Origin: Planctomycetota bacterium
Lineage (GTDB): Bacteria; Planctomycetota; UBA1135; UBA2386
Direction of reading: 5' to 3'
Assembly: GCA_965228735.1 (NCBI GenBank)
Contig: OZ245838.1
Location: 320,001 to 384,000 of the forward strand
Length of the DNA stretch: 64,000 bases
Both the position numbers and the translations under genes were made by a program. The notes below the pieces were generated by a model that was given only the letters and a program-made list of their open reading frames with translations, had not been told where the DNA came from and did no database searches. This document shows, one piece after another, positions 51,190-60,383 of the stretch (position 1 is the first letter of the stretch; each line of letters opens with the position of its first letter).

Positions 51190-54120
51190 TCAGTTCCTCG
51201 TGAGGGCCTCGTCGACGCAGAGCAGCGCCCGGGCAACGGTGGCGTAGGCCTGCGCGGCGTCACCGCGCGAGAGTTGCGAGCGCCAGAAGTCACGCAGCGC
51301 GGCCAGCTCGGCTGCCGTAGGCGGTCGGGTCAGAACCCGACGGAACAGCCGGTGCAGCTGGTCTCTGGCCGACGAGCTGGCGAACTCGGCGCCGAGCGCG
51401 TTCGCGAGCTCGAGCATCATCGGATCGTTGAGCAGGGAGAGCGCCTGCAGCGGCGTGTTGGACCGATCGCGCTGCGCCACGCACGACTCGCCGCTAGGCG
51501 CGTCGAAGGTCGCGTGGAACGCAAACGGCGCGGTACGCTTCTGGAACGTGTAGAGGCTGCGGCGAAACCGGTTCTCGCCGTCGTCCGCGCGCCACTTCGG
51601 GCGGCCGAACGCGATCTCCGTCACGCCGGCGGGTTGCGGTGGGCGCACGGGCGGGCCGAACATCGCGTCGTTGAGCTTCCCGGCGGCGACGAGCGCGGCG
51701 TCGCGAATGACCTCCGCGTCGAGCCGGAAGCGCGGAGCGCGCGCGAGCCACCGGTTGTCGGGATCACGCTCGCGATCGTTCGGCCGCACGGCGGAGCTCT
51801 GGCGATACGTCGAGCTCGTGACGATCAGCCGATGGAGCTGCTTCCGGCTCCAACCGCGCTGCACGAACTCGACGGCGAGCCAGTCGAGGAGCTCGGGATG
51901 GGTGGGTTGCTGCCCTTGGTTGCCGAAGTCGGCGACGGTCGCGACGATCCCGCGCCCGAAGAACGCGGCCCACGCCCGATTGACGACGACGCGTGCCGTC
52001 AACGGGTTGTCGTCACGAACGAGCCAGCGCGCGAACTCGAGCCGGTTGCTCGGCGCGTCACCGCGGCGAAGGACTTCGGGGACGTGCGGTGCGACGGACT
52101 CGCGGGGCTGCAGGTACTCACCGCGGTGCCGCCGGCGCGTGACGCGGCCGCGGTCGGGGGCGCGTTCCCGCAGGATCAACGTCGTGACGTGTTCCGAGCG
52201 GCGTCGGAGCTGATGCACCTTGGTCGCGGGCTTCGTCACCTCCTCGGCTCCGAGCAGGAACGCGTGGCGCAGCCGCAGTCGTTCGGCGGCCGTGAGCGCG
52301 TCGTCCTGGCGCAGCAAGGCCTCGTCGGCGCCGTCGATGTCGTACGGCAGCGCGATCGCCTCGGCGCCGCCCTCGCGGTCGGTCGTCGACAGCCGAAAGC
52401 GACCGAGCGAGCTCGCGAAGTGGCGGCCGAAGTGCATCTCGATGTGCAGCGCCTGACCGCGCGGGATCGGTCGCTCGGGCACGAACACCGCGACGTGGCG
52501 TTCCCCGGTCCGGCCGTGGGTCGACCAGCCGGTCTGGATGTCACCATCGACCGCGTCGGCCGCTCTCGCGGTCTGCTGTCGGAACTGGTTGTTGGCGTAA
52601 CTCGCGCTGGCCCGCCTGACCTCCATGCGGGTCGCGGCGTCGCCGGCACCCACGGTCAGGATCAACTCCGTGAGGAAGAAGTCGCCCTTGCGGCCTTCGT
52701 AGTACGTGAGCCCGGGGCCGCGCGCCGGCAGCCGGGGATCCGGCAGCGCTTCGAGTCGCAGCGCGGTGATCGGTCGGTCGACGGGCGCGAGGGTGAGCCA
52801 GTAGGTGTCGTGCTTGGTGGTGTCGCCCGTCACGAACACGGTGCCGGGATCGTCGGCGAGGACGTCGAGGGTCGGGAGGTTGGACCGCGCGTCTTCGATC
52901 CGCGCCGGTGTCCAGTCCGTCGCGAGATCGCGCATCGTCGTGAGCCATCGCGCGAACCGCTGCTCCCGCGGTGCGGCGTCGGCGGGCCACTCGTCCCACA
53001 GCCGGTTCAACGCCGCCTCGGCCCGCTCTCGATTGCGTCGTCCGCGGGCGTCGGCGGCTGCGTCCGGGACGATGTAGTCCGGCTCGTCGGCGTCGTCGAA
53101 GAACGCCATGAGGCCGTAGTACTCGCGATGGGTGATCGGGTCGAACTTGTGCGTGTGACACTGCGCGCAGCCGATCGTGAGGCCGAGGAACACGGTTCCC
53201 GTCGTGGCGGTGCGATCCGCGAGCGCGTGGAAGCGGAACTCGAGGGGGTCGATGCCGCCCTCCTCGTTGAGCATCGTGTTGCGGTGGAAGCCGGTCGCGA
53301 TGCGATCCGCGGGCGTCGCGTCCTCGAGCATGTCGCCGGCCAGCTGCCGGATCGCGAACTCGTCGAACGGCATGTCGTCGTTGATCGCCCGGATGACCCA
53401 GTCGCGATACGGCCAGATCGACCGCCGACGGTCTTTCTCGTAACCGTTGGTGTCGGCGTAGCGCGCGAGGTCGAGCCAGCGCCGCGCCTGTCGTTCGCCG
53501 TAGTGCGGCGAGCTGAGCAGCTCGTCGACGAGCCGCTCGTAGGCGTCGGGCGAGTCGTCGTTGACGAACACATCGGCCTGGTCGGGCGTCGGCGGCAGCC
53601 CGATGAGGTCGAGGTAGAGCCGTCGCACCAACGTGAGCCGGTCGGCCCGGGGCGACGGCTGCAGTCCGTGCTCGCGCAACCGGTGCTGGATGAAGCGATC
53701 GATCGGGTGCGATGCGGTGCCCGCGGGGAGCGGGGCTCGGGTCGGTGGGACGAACGACCAATGCCGTTCGTATCGCGTGCCGTCCTCGACCCACTGGCGC
53801 AGCACCTCGATCTCTTCGGCGGTCAGCTCCTTGCCGGACTCCGGTGGCGGCATCCGTTCGTCGGGATCCGCCGCCGTGATCCGCTCCAGCAGTTGGGCGG
53901 CGCGCCCGTGGCCGGGCTCGTCGAGCCGCAGCTCCGCGGCTCGGGTGTCCTCGTCCGGGCCGTGGCACGCGAAGCACCGATCCGCGAGGATCGGTCGCAC
54001 GTCACGGCTGTAGCCGGGGGGCGTTGCCGCTTCCGGCTGCCCGGATTGCGCCGGCAGCGGGGCCGAGGCCAGCGCGACGCCGGCGAGCGGCCAGGTCAGC
54101 CGAGCGAGGGAGGGCGGCAT
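51190..54120 (-). CDS. Planctomycete cytochrome c / DUF1549 / DUF1553 (PSCyt1-PSCyt2-PSD1) protein
   Basis: CFACH and CAQCH; 'HPIDRFI', 'WLDLARYADTNG', 'NPLTARVVVNR', 'THPELLDWLA', 'NTPLQAL.LLN'. Confidence 0.93.
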   Translation of the reverse strand: MPPSLARLTWPLAGVALASAPLPAQSGQPEAATPPGYSRDVRPILADRCFACHGPDEDTRAAELRLDEPGHGRAAQLLERITAADPDERMPPPESGKELTAEEIEVLRQWVEDGTRYERHWSFVPPTRAPLPAGTASHPIDRFIQHRLREHGLQPSPRADRLTLVRRLYLDLIGLPPTPDQADVFVNDDSPDAYERLVDELLSSPHYGERQARRWLDLARYADTNGYEKDRRRSIWPYRDWVIRAINDDMPFDEFAIRQLAGDMLEDATPADRIATGFHRNTMLNEEGGIDPLEFRFHALADRTATTGTVFLGLTIGCAQCHTHKFDPITHREYYGLMAFFDDADEPDYIVPDAAADARGRRNRERAEAALNRLWDEWPADAAPREQRFARWLTTMRDLATDWTPARIEDARSNLPTLDVLADDPGTVFVTGDTTKHDTYWLTLAPVDRPITALRLEALPDPRLPARGPGLTYYEGRKGDFFLTELILTVGAGDAATRMEVRRASASYANNQFRQQTARAADAVDGDIQTGWSTHGRTGERHVAVFVPERPIPRGQALHIEMHFGRHFASSLGRFRLSTTDREGGAEAIALPYDIDGADEALLRQDDALTAAERLRLRHAFLLGAEEVTKPATKVHQLRRRSEHVTTLILRERAPDRGRVTRRRHRGEYLQPRESVAPHVPEVLRRGDAPSNRLEFARWLVRDDNPLTARVVVNRAWAAFFGRGIVATVADFGNQGQQPTHPELLDWLAVEFVQRGWSRKQLHRLIVTSSTYRQSSAVRPNDRERDPDNRWLARAPRFRLDAEVIRDAALVAAGKLNDAMFGPPVRPPQPAGVTEIAFGRPKWRADDGENRFRRSLYTFQKRTAPFAFHATFDAPSGESCVAQRDRSNTPLQALSLLNDPMMLELANALGAEFASSSARDQLHRLFRRVLTRPPTAAELAALRDFWRSQLSRGDAAQAYATVARALLCVDEALTRN

Positions 54121-54229
54121 GGCGAGAGTCTAACGGCCTCGACCCCGGTCGCGCAGAACCCGAGAAATGTGGCAGGGTCCGCGGCCGGATCTCGACGGGT
54201 GGGCATTCCGCTTCCTCGGAGACCACTCG

Positions 54230-55789
54230 ATGACCCGAACCACGAACTCGACCCTTCTCGGCGCGATCGCGCTGTTCACCCTGTCCGGCGCGGCCCGGGC
54301 GCAGGAGGACTTCCCCGACTTCTTCGCCATTCTCGCTGACGAGCACGAGGCCTATGAGCGGCACGTCCGCCGCACCGGTGCGGGCTTCGACCTCGCCTTC
54401 GGCGCCGGGCCAGGGAGCTCGATCGTCAACGAGGTCTACCTGCTCAACGGCAACGCCTCGATCCGCACGATCAACTTGCCGCCCGGCCGCGTCGCGACCA
54501 CGGCGGTCATCGGCGACCTCGACGGTGATCAGGAGTTCGACGTCCTGATCATGAGCCACGATGCCGGTGGCACTGGTCCTGGTCAGCTGCACGTCTGCTG
54601 GAGCGCGAACGCGGACCCGGCCATCGACAATACGTTCCCATCGCTCGGTCCCGGCACGAGCCCGTACGACAACGGCAGTCTCGAGCTGGTCGTGCCGTCG
54701 TTGGGCGGTTCGCCGCTCGTGCTGCTCGGCGATCCCGATTACACGCTCCCCGGTCTGCCGAACGCCGGGATCTTCGTCTGCTTCGATCTCGCGACGCGGC
54801 AGCCCGCGGTGCAGTTCGGCTACCAGGGTTCGTACCCGGACGCGCACTTCGGGGCCGCGATCGGCGCGCGCGACGCTGCGCAGAGTTTTGGTGCCGCGTT
54901 TGCCGTCACCGAACCGGGATATCAGGGGACGGTCGGTGGCGAGGGTCGGGTATGGACGGGCGATCCGGGCAGCGGCGCGCTCTGGTGGAACATCCCGGGG
55001 CCGCCGAACGCCGAACTCGGCAACGTCGTCGGGATCAACGAGCATTGGCTCTACGCCGCCAATGGTGACGCCGACGACGTTTCGACCAACAAGACGGACA
55101 CCGGCGTCCTGCTGCAGATCGACATGCGCAACGTCACCGGGTTCTTCCAGCTCGGCGATCAGGGCGAGAAGCTCGGCATCGATGTCGAAACGTATGACGT
55201 GACGAGTCTGGTCGTGGCGAGCGCCCAGAAGGTGACCCGGGTGCCCGTCGGGAGCACCGCGCCGACGCACGAGTGGATCTACTGGAACACGGCCGCGGCG
55301 CCGAACGACCAGCGCACGCTCGACGTCCGACCGGTCGCCAACGTCGTGGATCCCGTCGTCACCGTCCGGACGACGGTGCCCGCCGGCGGCGGCCAGTTCG
55401 AGTATTGGGCGACCCAGCTGACGACCGACGCCGAGTTGCGTGTCGACATCCTCTCGCTGCCGGCATCGATCCCGAACGTGATCAACCTGCTCGTCGATTC
55501 GCCGCCGAACGCCGGTGGTGCGGGGGCGTTCGCCTTCTCGTTCGACCCGAACCCGGGCGAGGTCGTCGTTCCCGGGATCGAAGGCGTGCTGCCGCTGCAG
55601 CAGCCGTCGATCTTCCTCGGGATCGCGCCGCTGGACCCGACCGGGCTCGGCATCTTCACCATGAACTGGCCTGCTATCAGCATCGCCGAGCCCTTCAACC
55701 TGCTGTTCGGCGCCCTCGTGCTGCCGCCGTTGGGCGCAACCCAGAACCCGCGCTTCGTCAATCCGGTTTGGACCCAGATTCAGGTCTGA
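54230..55789 (+). CDS. Secreted hypothetical protein with FG-GAP/integrin-like motifs
   Basis: GGAGA before ATG 54230; signal peptide; 'IGDLDGDQEFDVLI', 'LLGDPDY', 'AHFGAAI', 'VTEPGY'. Confidence 0.65.
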   Translation: MTRTTNSTLLGAIALFTLSGAARAQEDFPDFFAILADEHEAYERHVRRTGAGFDLAFGAGPGSSIVNEVYLLNGNASIRTINLPPGRVATTAVIGDLDGDQEFDVLIMSHDAGGTGPGQLHVCWSANADPAIDNTFPSLGPGTSPYDNGSLELVVPSLGGSPLVLLGDPDYTLPGLPNAGIFVCFDLATRQPAVQFGYQGSYPDAHFGAAIGARDAAQSFGAAFAVTEPGYQGTVGGEGRVWTGDPGSGALWWNIPGPPNAELGNVVGINEHWLYAANGDADDVSTNKTDTGVLLQIDMRNVTGFFQLGDQGEKLGIDVETYDVTSLVVASAQKVTRVPVGSTAPTHEWIYWNTAAAPNDQRTLDVRPVANVVDPVVTVRTTVPAGGGQFEYWATQLTTDAELRVDILSLPASIPNVINLLVDSPPNAGGAGAFAFSFDPNPGEVVVPGIEGVLPLQQPSIFLGIAPLDPTGLGIFTMNWPAISIAEPFNLLFGALVLPPLGATQNPRFVNPVWTQIQV

Positions 55790-55860
55790 TCGTCGATGCG
55801 AGCCAAGGGCCATGAGCCCGCGGCGCTGCGCCATCGGTGCCGCCGAGTAGGATAACGACG

Positions 55861-58371
55861 ATGCCCAGCTGGTCCCGAGTGCGCGCCGTGTTCGAGGAGG
55901 TCGCGGACCTGCCGGCGACCGACCGGACCGCGCGCCTCGCGACGCTCTGCGGCGACGACACCGAGCTCAGGGCCGCCGTCGAACGACTGCTCGTCCGCGA
56001 TGCCTCGGATGCCGCGCCGGCGATCGAGGCGGTCGCCGTCGTCGACGTCGGCGAGGACGGGACGGGCGGACCAGGACGGCTGCGCCGCGTCGGCGGCTTC
56101 GAGATCGTTCGCGCCATCGGCAGCGGCGGGATGGGGACGGTGTTCGAGGCCCGCCAGGAGCGCCCGCGACGCACGGTCGCCCTCAAGGTGCTGCGCACCC
56201 TGGCGTCGCCCGCCGCGCATCGCCGCCTCGAGTACGAGGCCGAGACGCTCGCTCGGTTGCAGCACCCGAACATCGCGCAGGTCCACGAGTGCGGCACGTT
56301 CGCCGACCCGGAGACGGGCGAGGAGTTGCCGTTCTTCGCGATGGAATACGTCGCGGACGCGACGCGAATCACCGACTACGCCGATGCGCAGAGGCTCGGC
56401 TTGCGCGACCGGATCGCGTTGTTCTTGCCGGTCTGTGACGCGGTACAGCACGGCCACCAGCAGGGCGTGCTGCATCGCGACCTCAAGCCCGCGAACATCC
56501 TGGTCGATGCGGACGGTCGCCCGAAGGTCATCGACTTCGGGATCGCCCGCGCCACCGACGTAGCGGATGGGGACCGCCCGGTTCGCACGCTGACGGGCCA
56601 GGTGCTCGGCACGCCCGGCTACATGAGCCCGGAGCAGCTCGACGGCGACCCAGCGCGAGTCGACGTTCGTGCCGATGTCTACGGACTCGCAGCGACGCTC
56701 CATGAGTTGCTCGTCGGGGCGCCGCCCTTGCCGCGGGGCGACGAGGCGTTGGGGCAGTACCTGCGCCGCCTGCGGGAGGCGCCGATGCCGCGGCCATCCA
56801 CCGTCGAGACCGCCACGGTCTCGGTGCCCGCCGAGCTCGATTGGGTGCTGCTCCGCGCGCTCGCGGTCGACCCGGCGGAGCGCTACGGCTCGGTTTCGGA
56901 ACTGGCCGCCGAGCTGCGGCGGTTCCTCGCGGACGAACCGCTCCTCGCGCGCCCGCCGACGCGCAGCTACCTCGTGCGCAAGTTCGTGCACCGCTATCGC
57001 GTCGCCGTGGGCGCGACCCTCGCGGTCGCGTGCGCGCTCGTGGTGGGCGCGGTGGCAACCACGATCGGTTGGCTGCGAGCGTCGGACGCCCGGGACCAGG
57101 CCACCGAGGTCGCGCGCGAGCTGCTCTCGCTCACGATGCTGCAGAGCGACATCCTGCGCGGCGGCCGCGGTGATCGCGGCACGCTGCTCGTCGACGTATT
57201 GGATCGGGCCGCGGAGCAGCTCGAGCGGCGGCCGCCGAAGCGCCGCCGGGTGGCCGGTGGTCTGCATCATGCGCTCGGCATCGCGTTCCTCGACCTCGGG
57301 GACTTGGACAAAGCCGAACGTCACTTCGAGGCCGCCTTGGCGTTCTTCGAGAACGAACCGCTGTTGCGCGAGTCCTGGATCCGGGCGCGCGGCGACTACG
57401 CGAGCGTGTTCGCCGCCAGGGGGCAGGTCGACGCGGCGGAGCAGATCCGCCGTGAGCTCCTGCAGGCCAAGATCGAGATGTTCGGAGCGGAACATTGGGA
57501 GGTGGACCTCGCGCGGGTGCAGCTCGCAACCGTGTTGAACGAGCGCCAGCAGTACGATCAGGCGCTGAGTCTCGCGCGTGAGTCGCTTCGCGGGTTGCGG
57601 GAACCGCCGCCCGGGGTGAGTTCGTACTACGAGAGCGTGCTCGTGACCCAGGCGCTCGCGCTCCACGGTTTGAAGCGGGACGAGGAGGCGATCGAGCTCT
57701 ACAGCCAGGCGATCGAGCTCCTGGCGGAGCGTCATGGGCCGCGTGACCTCGAGGTGCTGTCCACGCGGAACTCGCGCGCGGTGTCGTTGCTCGATCTCGG
57801 TCGGCTCGACGAGGCAGCTGACGACTTCCGGGAGCTATGGCAGGCGTTACGGGAGGTCGCCGGCCCGGCGCATCCGCGAACGATGCGCGCCGCCACCAAC
57901 CTGGGATTGTGTTTCGAGCGGGAGGAGCGCTACGCGGAGGCCGCGGCCGTGCATCGAGAGGTTCTCCAGGCGCGCGCCGACGCCGAATTGTCGGAGGACC
58001 TCGTGAGCCTGGTCGCGCGCTTCAACCTCGCGGTTGCGCTGCATCGGCAGGACGGCGCGGGGCAACTCGAGGCTGCGCTGGCGCAGCTCGACGAGCTCCT
58101 GCAGCGTTCCGCCGGTCTCTTGCCGGCGGATGGTTGGCGCGTCGCGGTCTTTCGGCAGCATCGCGGCATCGTGCTGCGCAAGCTCGAGCGCTACGAGGAG
58201 GCCGAACGCGAGTTGCTCGCTGCGGCCGCCACCGTGGAGCGCCGGCTCGGCCCCGATCACAAGCGAACTCGCAGCAACTGGGAACAACTCGCGGTGCTCT
58301 ACGAGGCCTGGGCGCGCCCCGGAGATGCCGCGCGTTGGCGCGAGCGCCTGGCGGCGAAGACCGACGGCTGA
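55861..58371 (+). CDS. Hanks-type Ser/Thr protein kinase with TM and TPR repeats
   Basis: GSGGMGTVF, VALK, HRDLKPAN, DFGIA, GTPGYMSPEQ; TPR-like 'G..HP.T' repeats; TAGGAT 7 nt before the ATG. Confidence 0.93.
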   Translation: MPSWSRVRAVFEEVADLPATDRTARLATLCGDDTELRAAVERLLVRDASDAAPAIEAVAVVDVGEDGTGGPGRLRRVGGFEIVRAIGSGGMGTVFEARQERPRRTVALKVLRTLASPAAHRRLEYEAETLARLQHPNIAQVHECGTFADPETGEELPFFAMEYVADATRITDYADAQRLGLRDRIALFLPVCDAVQHGHQQGVLHRDLKPANILVDADGRPKVIDFGIARATDVADGDRPVRTLTGQVLGTPGYMSPEQLDGDPARVDVRADVYGLAATLHELLVGAPPLPRGDEALGQYLRRLREAPMPRPSTVETATVSVPAELDWVLLRALAVDPAERYGSVSELAAELRRFLADEPLLARPPTRSYLVRKFVHRYRVAVGATLAVACALVVGAVATTIGWLRASDARDQATEVARELLSLTMLQSDILRGGRGDRGTLLVDVLDRAAEQLERRPPKRRRVAGGLHHALGIAFLDLGDLDKAERHFEAALAFFENEPLLRESWIRARGDYASVFAARGQVDAAEQIRRELLQAKIEMFGAEHWEVDLARVQLATVLNERQQYDQALSLARESLRGLREPPPGVSSYYESVLVTQALALHGLKRDEEAIELYSQAIELLAERHGPRDLEVLSTRNSRAVSLLDLGRLDEAADDFRELWQALREVAGPAHPRTMRAATNLGLCFEREERYAEAAAVHREVLQARADAELSEDLVSLVARFNLAVALHRQDGAGQLEAALAQLDELLQRSAGLLPADGWRVAVFRQHRGIVLRKLERYEEAERELLAAAATVERRLGPDHKRTRSNWEQLAVLYEAWARPGDAARWRERLAAKTDG

Positions 58372-58376
58372 GCGCC

Positions 58377-58943
58377 CTACTGGGTCGGTTCGCCGAACTC
58401 TTCGAGCCACCACGCGCGCGCCAGGCGCCAGCGACGATGGACACTGCGCTCGGAGATGCCGAGGTTGCCGGCGATCTCCGGCATCGTGAGCCCGCCGAAG
58501 AACTTGAGTTCGACGAGCTGCGCGAGATCGGGGTCGACTTCGCCGAGGCGCTCCAGCCCGTCGTGGACCGACAACGTATCGTCACTCTGCTCGTCGGCGT
58601 TGCCGACGAGTTGCTCGTCGAGAGTGACACGCTTCCCGATCCCGCCACGCTTCTTGGCGAGGCGCGCCCTGGCGCGGTCGACGAGCACGAACCGCATCGC
58701 CTTCGCGGCGACGCGGCGGTAGTGCCGCAGGCTTTCGTAGTCGGGCTCGGCCTCGCCGTCGCCGAGGCGGATCCACGCCTCGTGAATGAGCTCGGTCGGC
58801 TGAATGGTCGCCTGCGGATGATCGCCGAGCACGCGCTGCGCCAGGGCGCGCAGCTGGTCATAGACGAGGTCCACGAGCCGCGCGTTCGCGGCCTCGTCGC
58901 CGACTCGGATCGCGCGCAGCAGGGCCTCGGTTTCGCTGGTCAT
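58377..58943 (-). CDS. ECF sigma factor of the kinase-associated (TIGR02999/ECF43-like) type
   Basis: 'LVYDQLRALA', 'TIQPTELIHEAWIRL', 'AMRFVLVDRAR....KRGG', 'VELKFFGGLT..EIA..LGISERSV.R.W..ARAW'. Confidence 0.9.
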   Translation of the reverse strand: MTSETEALLRAIRVGDEAANARLVDLVYDQLRALAQRVLGDHPQATIQPTELIHEAWIRLGDGEAEPDYESLRHYRRVAAKAMRFVLVDRARARLAKKRGGIGKRVTLDEQLVGNADEQSDDTLSVHDGLERLGEVDPDLAQLVELKFFGGLTMPEIAGNLGISERSVHRRWRLARAWWLEEFGEPTQ

Positions 58944-58949
58944 GACCGG

Positions 58950-60374
58950 CTACGGATAGGCCTCGACGCGCAGGACCTTGACAGGTTGCCCGATCCGCAG
59001 AACGAGATCGGGTTCGAGCCCGTTCAGCGCCGCCACGAGTTCCACGCTCCCGGCGCTCGCGAGCCGTGCGTGCAGTCTCGCGAGCGTATCGCCGGATCGC
59101 GCCGTCTCGATGCGGATACGAGTCACATGGATCGATCGCCGCTCGTCGTCGTCGAGATCGCGCACGCTCGTCACGGCTCGTTCCAGCACGGGTAGATCGG
59201 CGACGCCGCCGATCGCGAGGAACTCGCCGTAGACGTTCGCGATCCGGACCCAGGCCTGCAACACGACCTGGTCCGCGTTCGCCTCGCGGAACTCGACGAG
59301 GCGCATCTCGCGGCCGTTCGACTCCACCCGTTCGTCGCGCGCGATCGTGTAGCCGGCACTCTGCAGCGCGGACTCGACGTCGGCCATCCGTTGCCGCGCG
59401 TCTCGGGCGGTCGCGGCCGGGACGCTGAACAGCACCGCGGCTTCGCCGTCCTCGCGCGCGGCCCCGGCGTGCGTCGCGGTGCGGTCTGGTTGCCAGTCCG
59501 CGGGGAACGCGATCGCGACGCCGAGCAGCGGATGGAGGAGGCGGTTGCCGTCGAAGACGCCGTGCGCCGGGTTGTCACCCCAGACCAGGCCGTCGAGCGC
59601 GCGCAGGTAGGCGACGTCGTCCAGCGCGTCGGGTGACCGGGGCGCCACCGTCAACGTGCTGGCACGCCGCAGGACGTCGGCGACCCGGTTGGGCGTCGGC
59701 GGGTGGGTATCGAAATAGCTCGGCACCCGTTCCGTTCCGGTCATCGCTCGCAAGACCCCTGCCATGCGGCCGAGGATGCCGGCCATCGCGGCCGGGTCGT
59801 AGCCCGCCGCTGCGGCAAGGGTCTGACCGAGGCGGTCCGATTCGGATTCCTGGCTCCGGCCGTAGCGCGCGAGGGAGAGTCCCTCGAGCGCCCGAATCGG
59901 CGCGTTGACAGCCTGTCCGACGTCGGGAGCCAACGCGCCGATCAGTTTGCCGGGCGCCGTGAGCAACGCCGTGAGCGGCCGGGGCTGCTGCATCCTGGCG
60001 GCGTGGCGTTGCTCGACGTGGGTCATCTCGTGGCCGAGCACGCAAGCGATCTCGTCCTCGCTGTTGGCCGTAGCGAGCAGTCCGCGCGAGACGAACACGA
60101 ACCCGCCGGGTGCGGCGAACGCGTTCGGCTCGGGTTGGTCGAGGACGGCGTAGCGGTAGGAGAACTGCGCGTTCTCCTGTTGGGTCTCGATGCGCCGCGC
60201 AACGGCGTCGACCCACGCTTGGAGCGCGTCGTCGTGATAGCGGCCGACCTGCGACTCCATCGCGGTGGCGACGCGGGATCCGAGCTCGATGTCTTCTTCG
60301 ATCGGACGGAGGGCGCAGGCGCCGCTCGCGACCGCAGCGACGAGGATCAGGGGGCGACAGGAGCGGCGCTTCAC
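58950..60374 (-). CDS. M48-family metalloprotease lipoprotein with LysM-like C-terminus
   Basis: 'NAFAAPGG', 'VLGHEMTH', 'ESESD..G', 'THPPT..R', C-terminal 'GDTL.........LNGL'. Confidence 0.9.
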   Translation of the reverse strand: MKRRSCRPLILVAAVASGACALRPIEEDIELGSRVATAMESQVGRYHDDALQAWVDAVARRIETQQENAQFSYRYAVLDQPEPNAFAAPGGFVFVSRGLLATANSEDEIACVLGHEMTHVEQRHAARMQQPRPLTALLTAPGKLIGALAPDVGQAVNAPIRALEGLSLARYGRSQESESDRLGQTLAAAAGYDPAAMAGILGRMAGVLRAMTGTERVPSYFDTHPPTPNRVADVLRRASTLTVAPRSPDALDDVAYLRALDGLVWGDNPAHGVFDGNRLLHPLLGVAIAFPADWQPDRTATHAGAAREDGEAAVLFSVPAATARDARQRMADVESALQSAGYTIARDERVESNGREMRLVEFREANADQVVLQAWVRIANVYGEFLAIGGVADLPVLERAVTSVRDLDDDERRSIHVTRIRIETARSGDTLARLHARLASAGSVELVAALNGLEPDLVLRIGQPVKVLRVEAYP

Positions 60375-60383
60375 GCCGTCATG

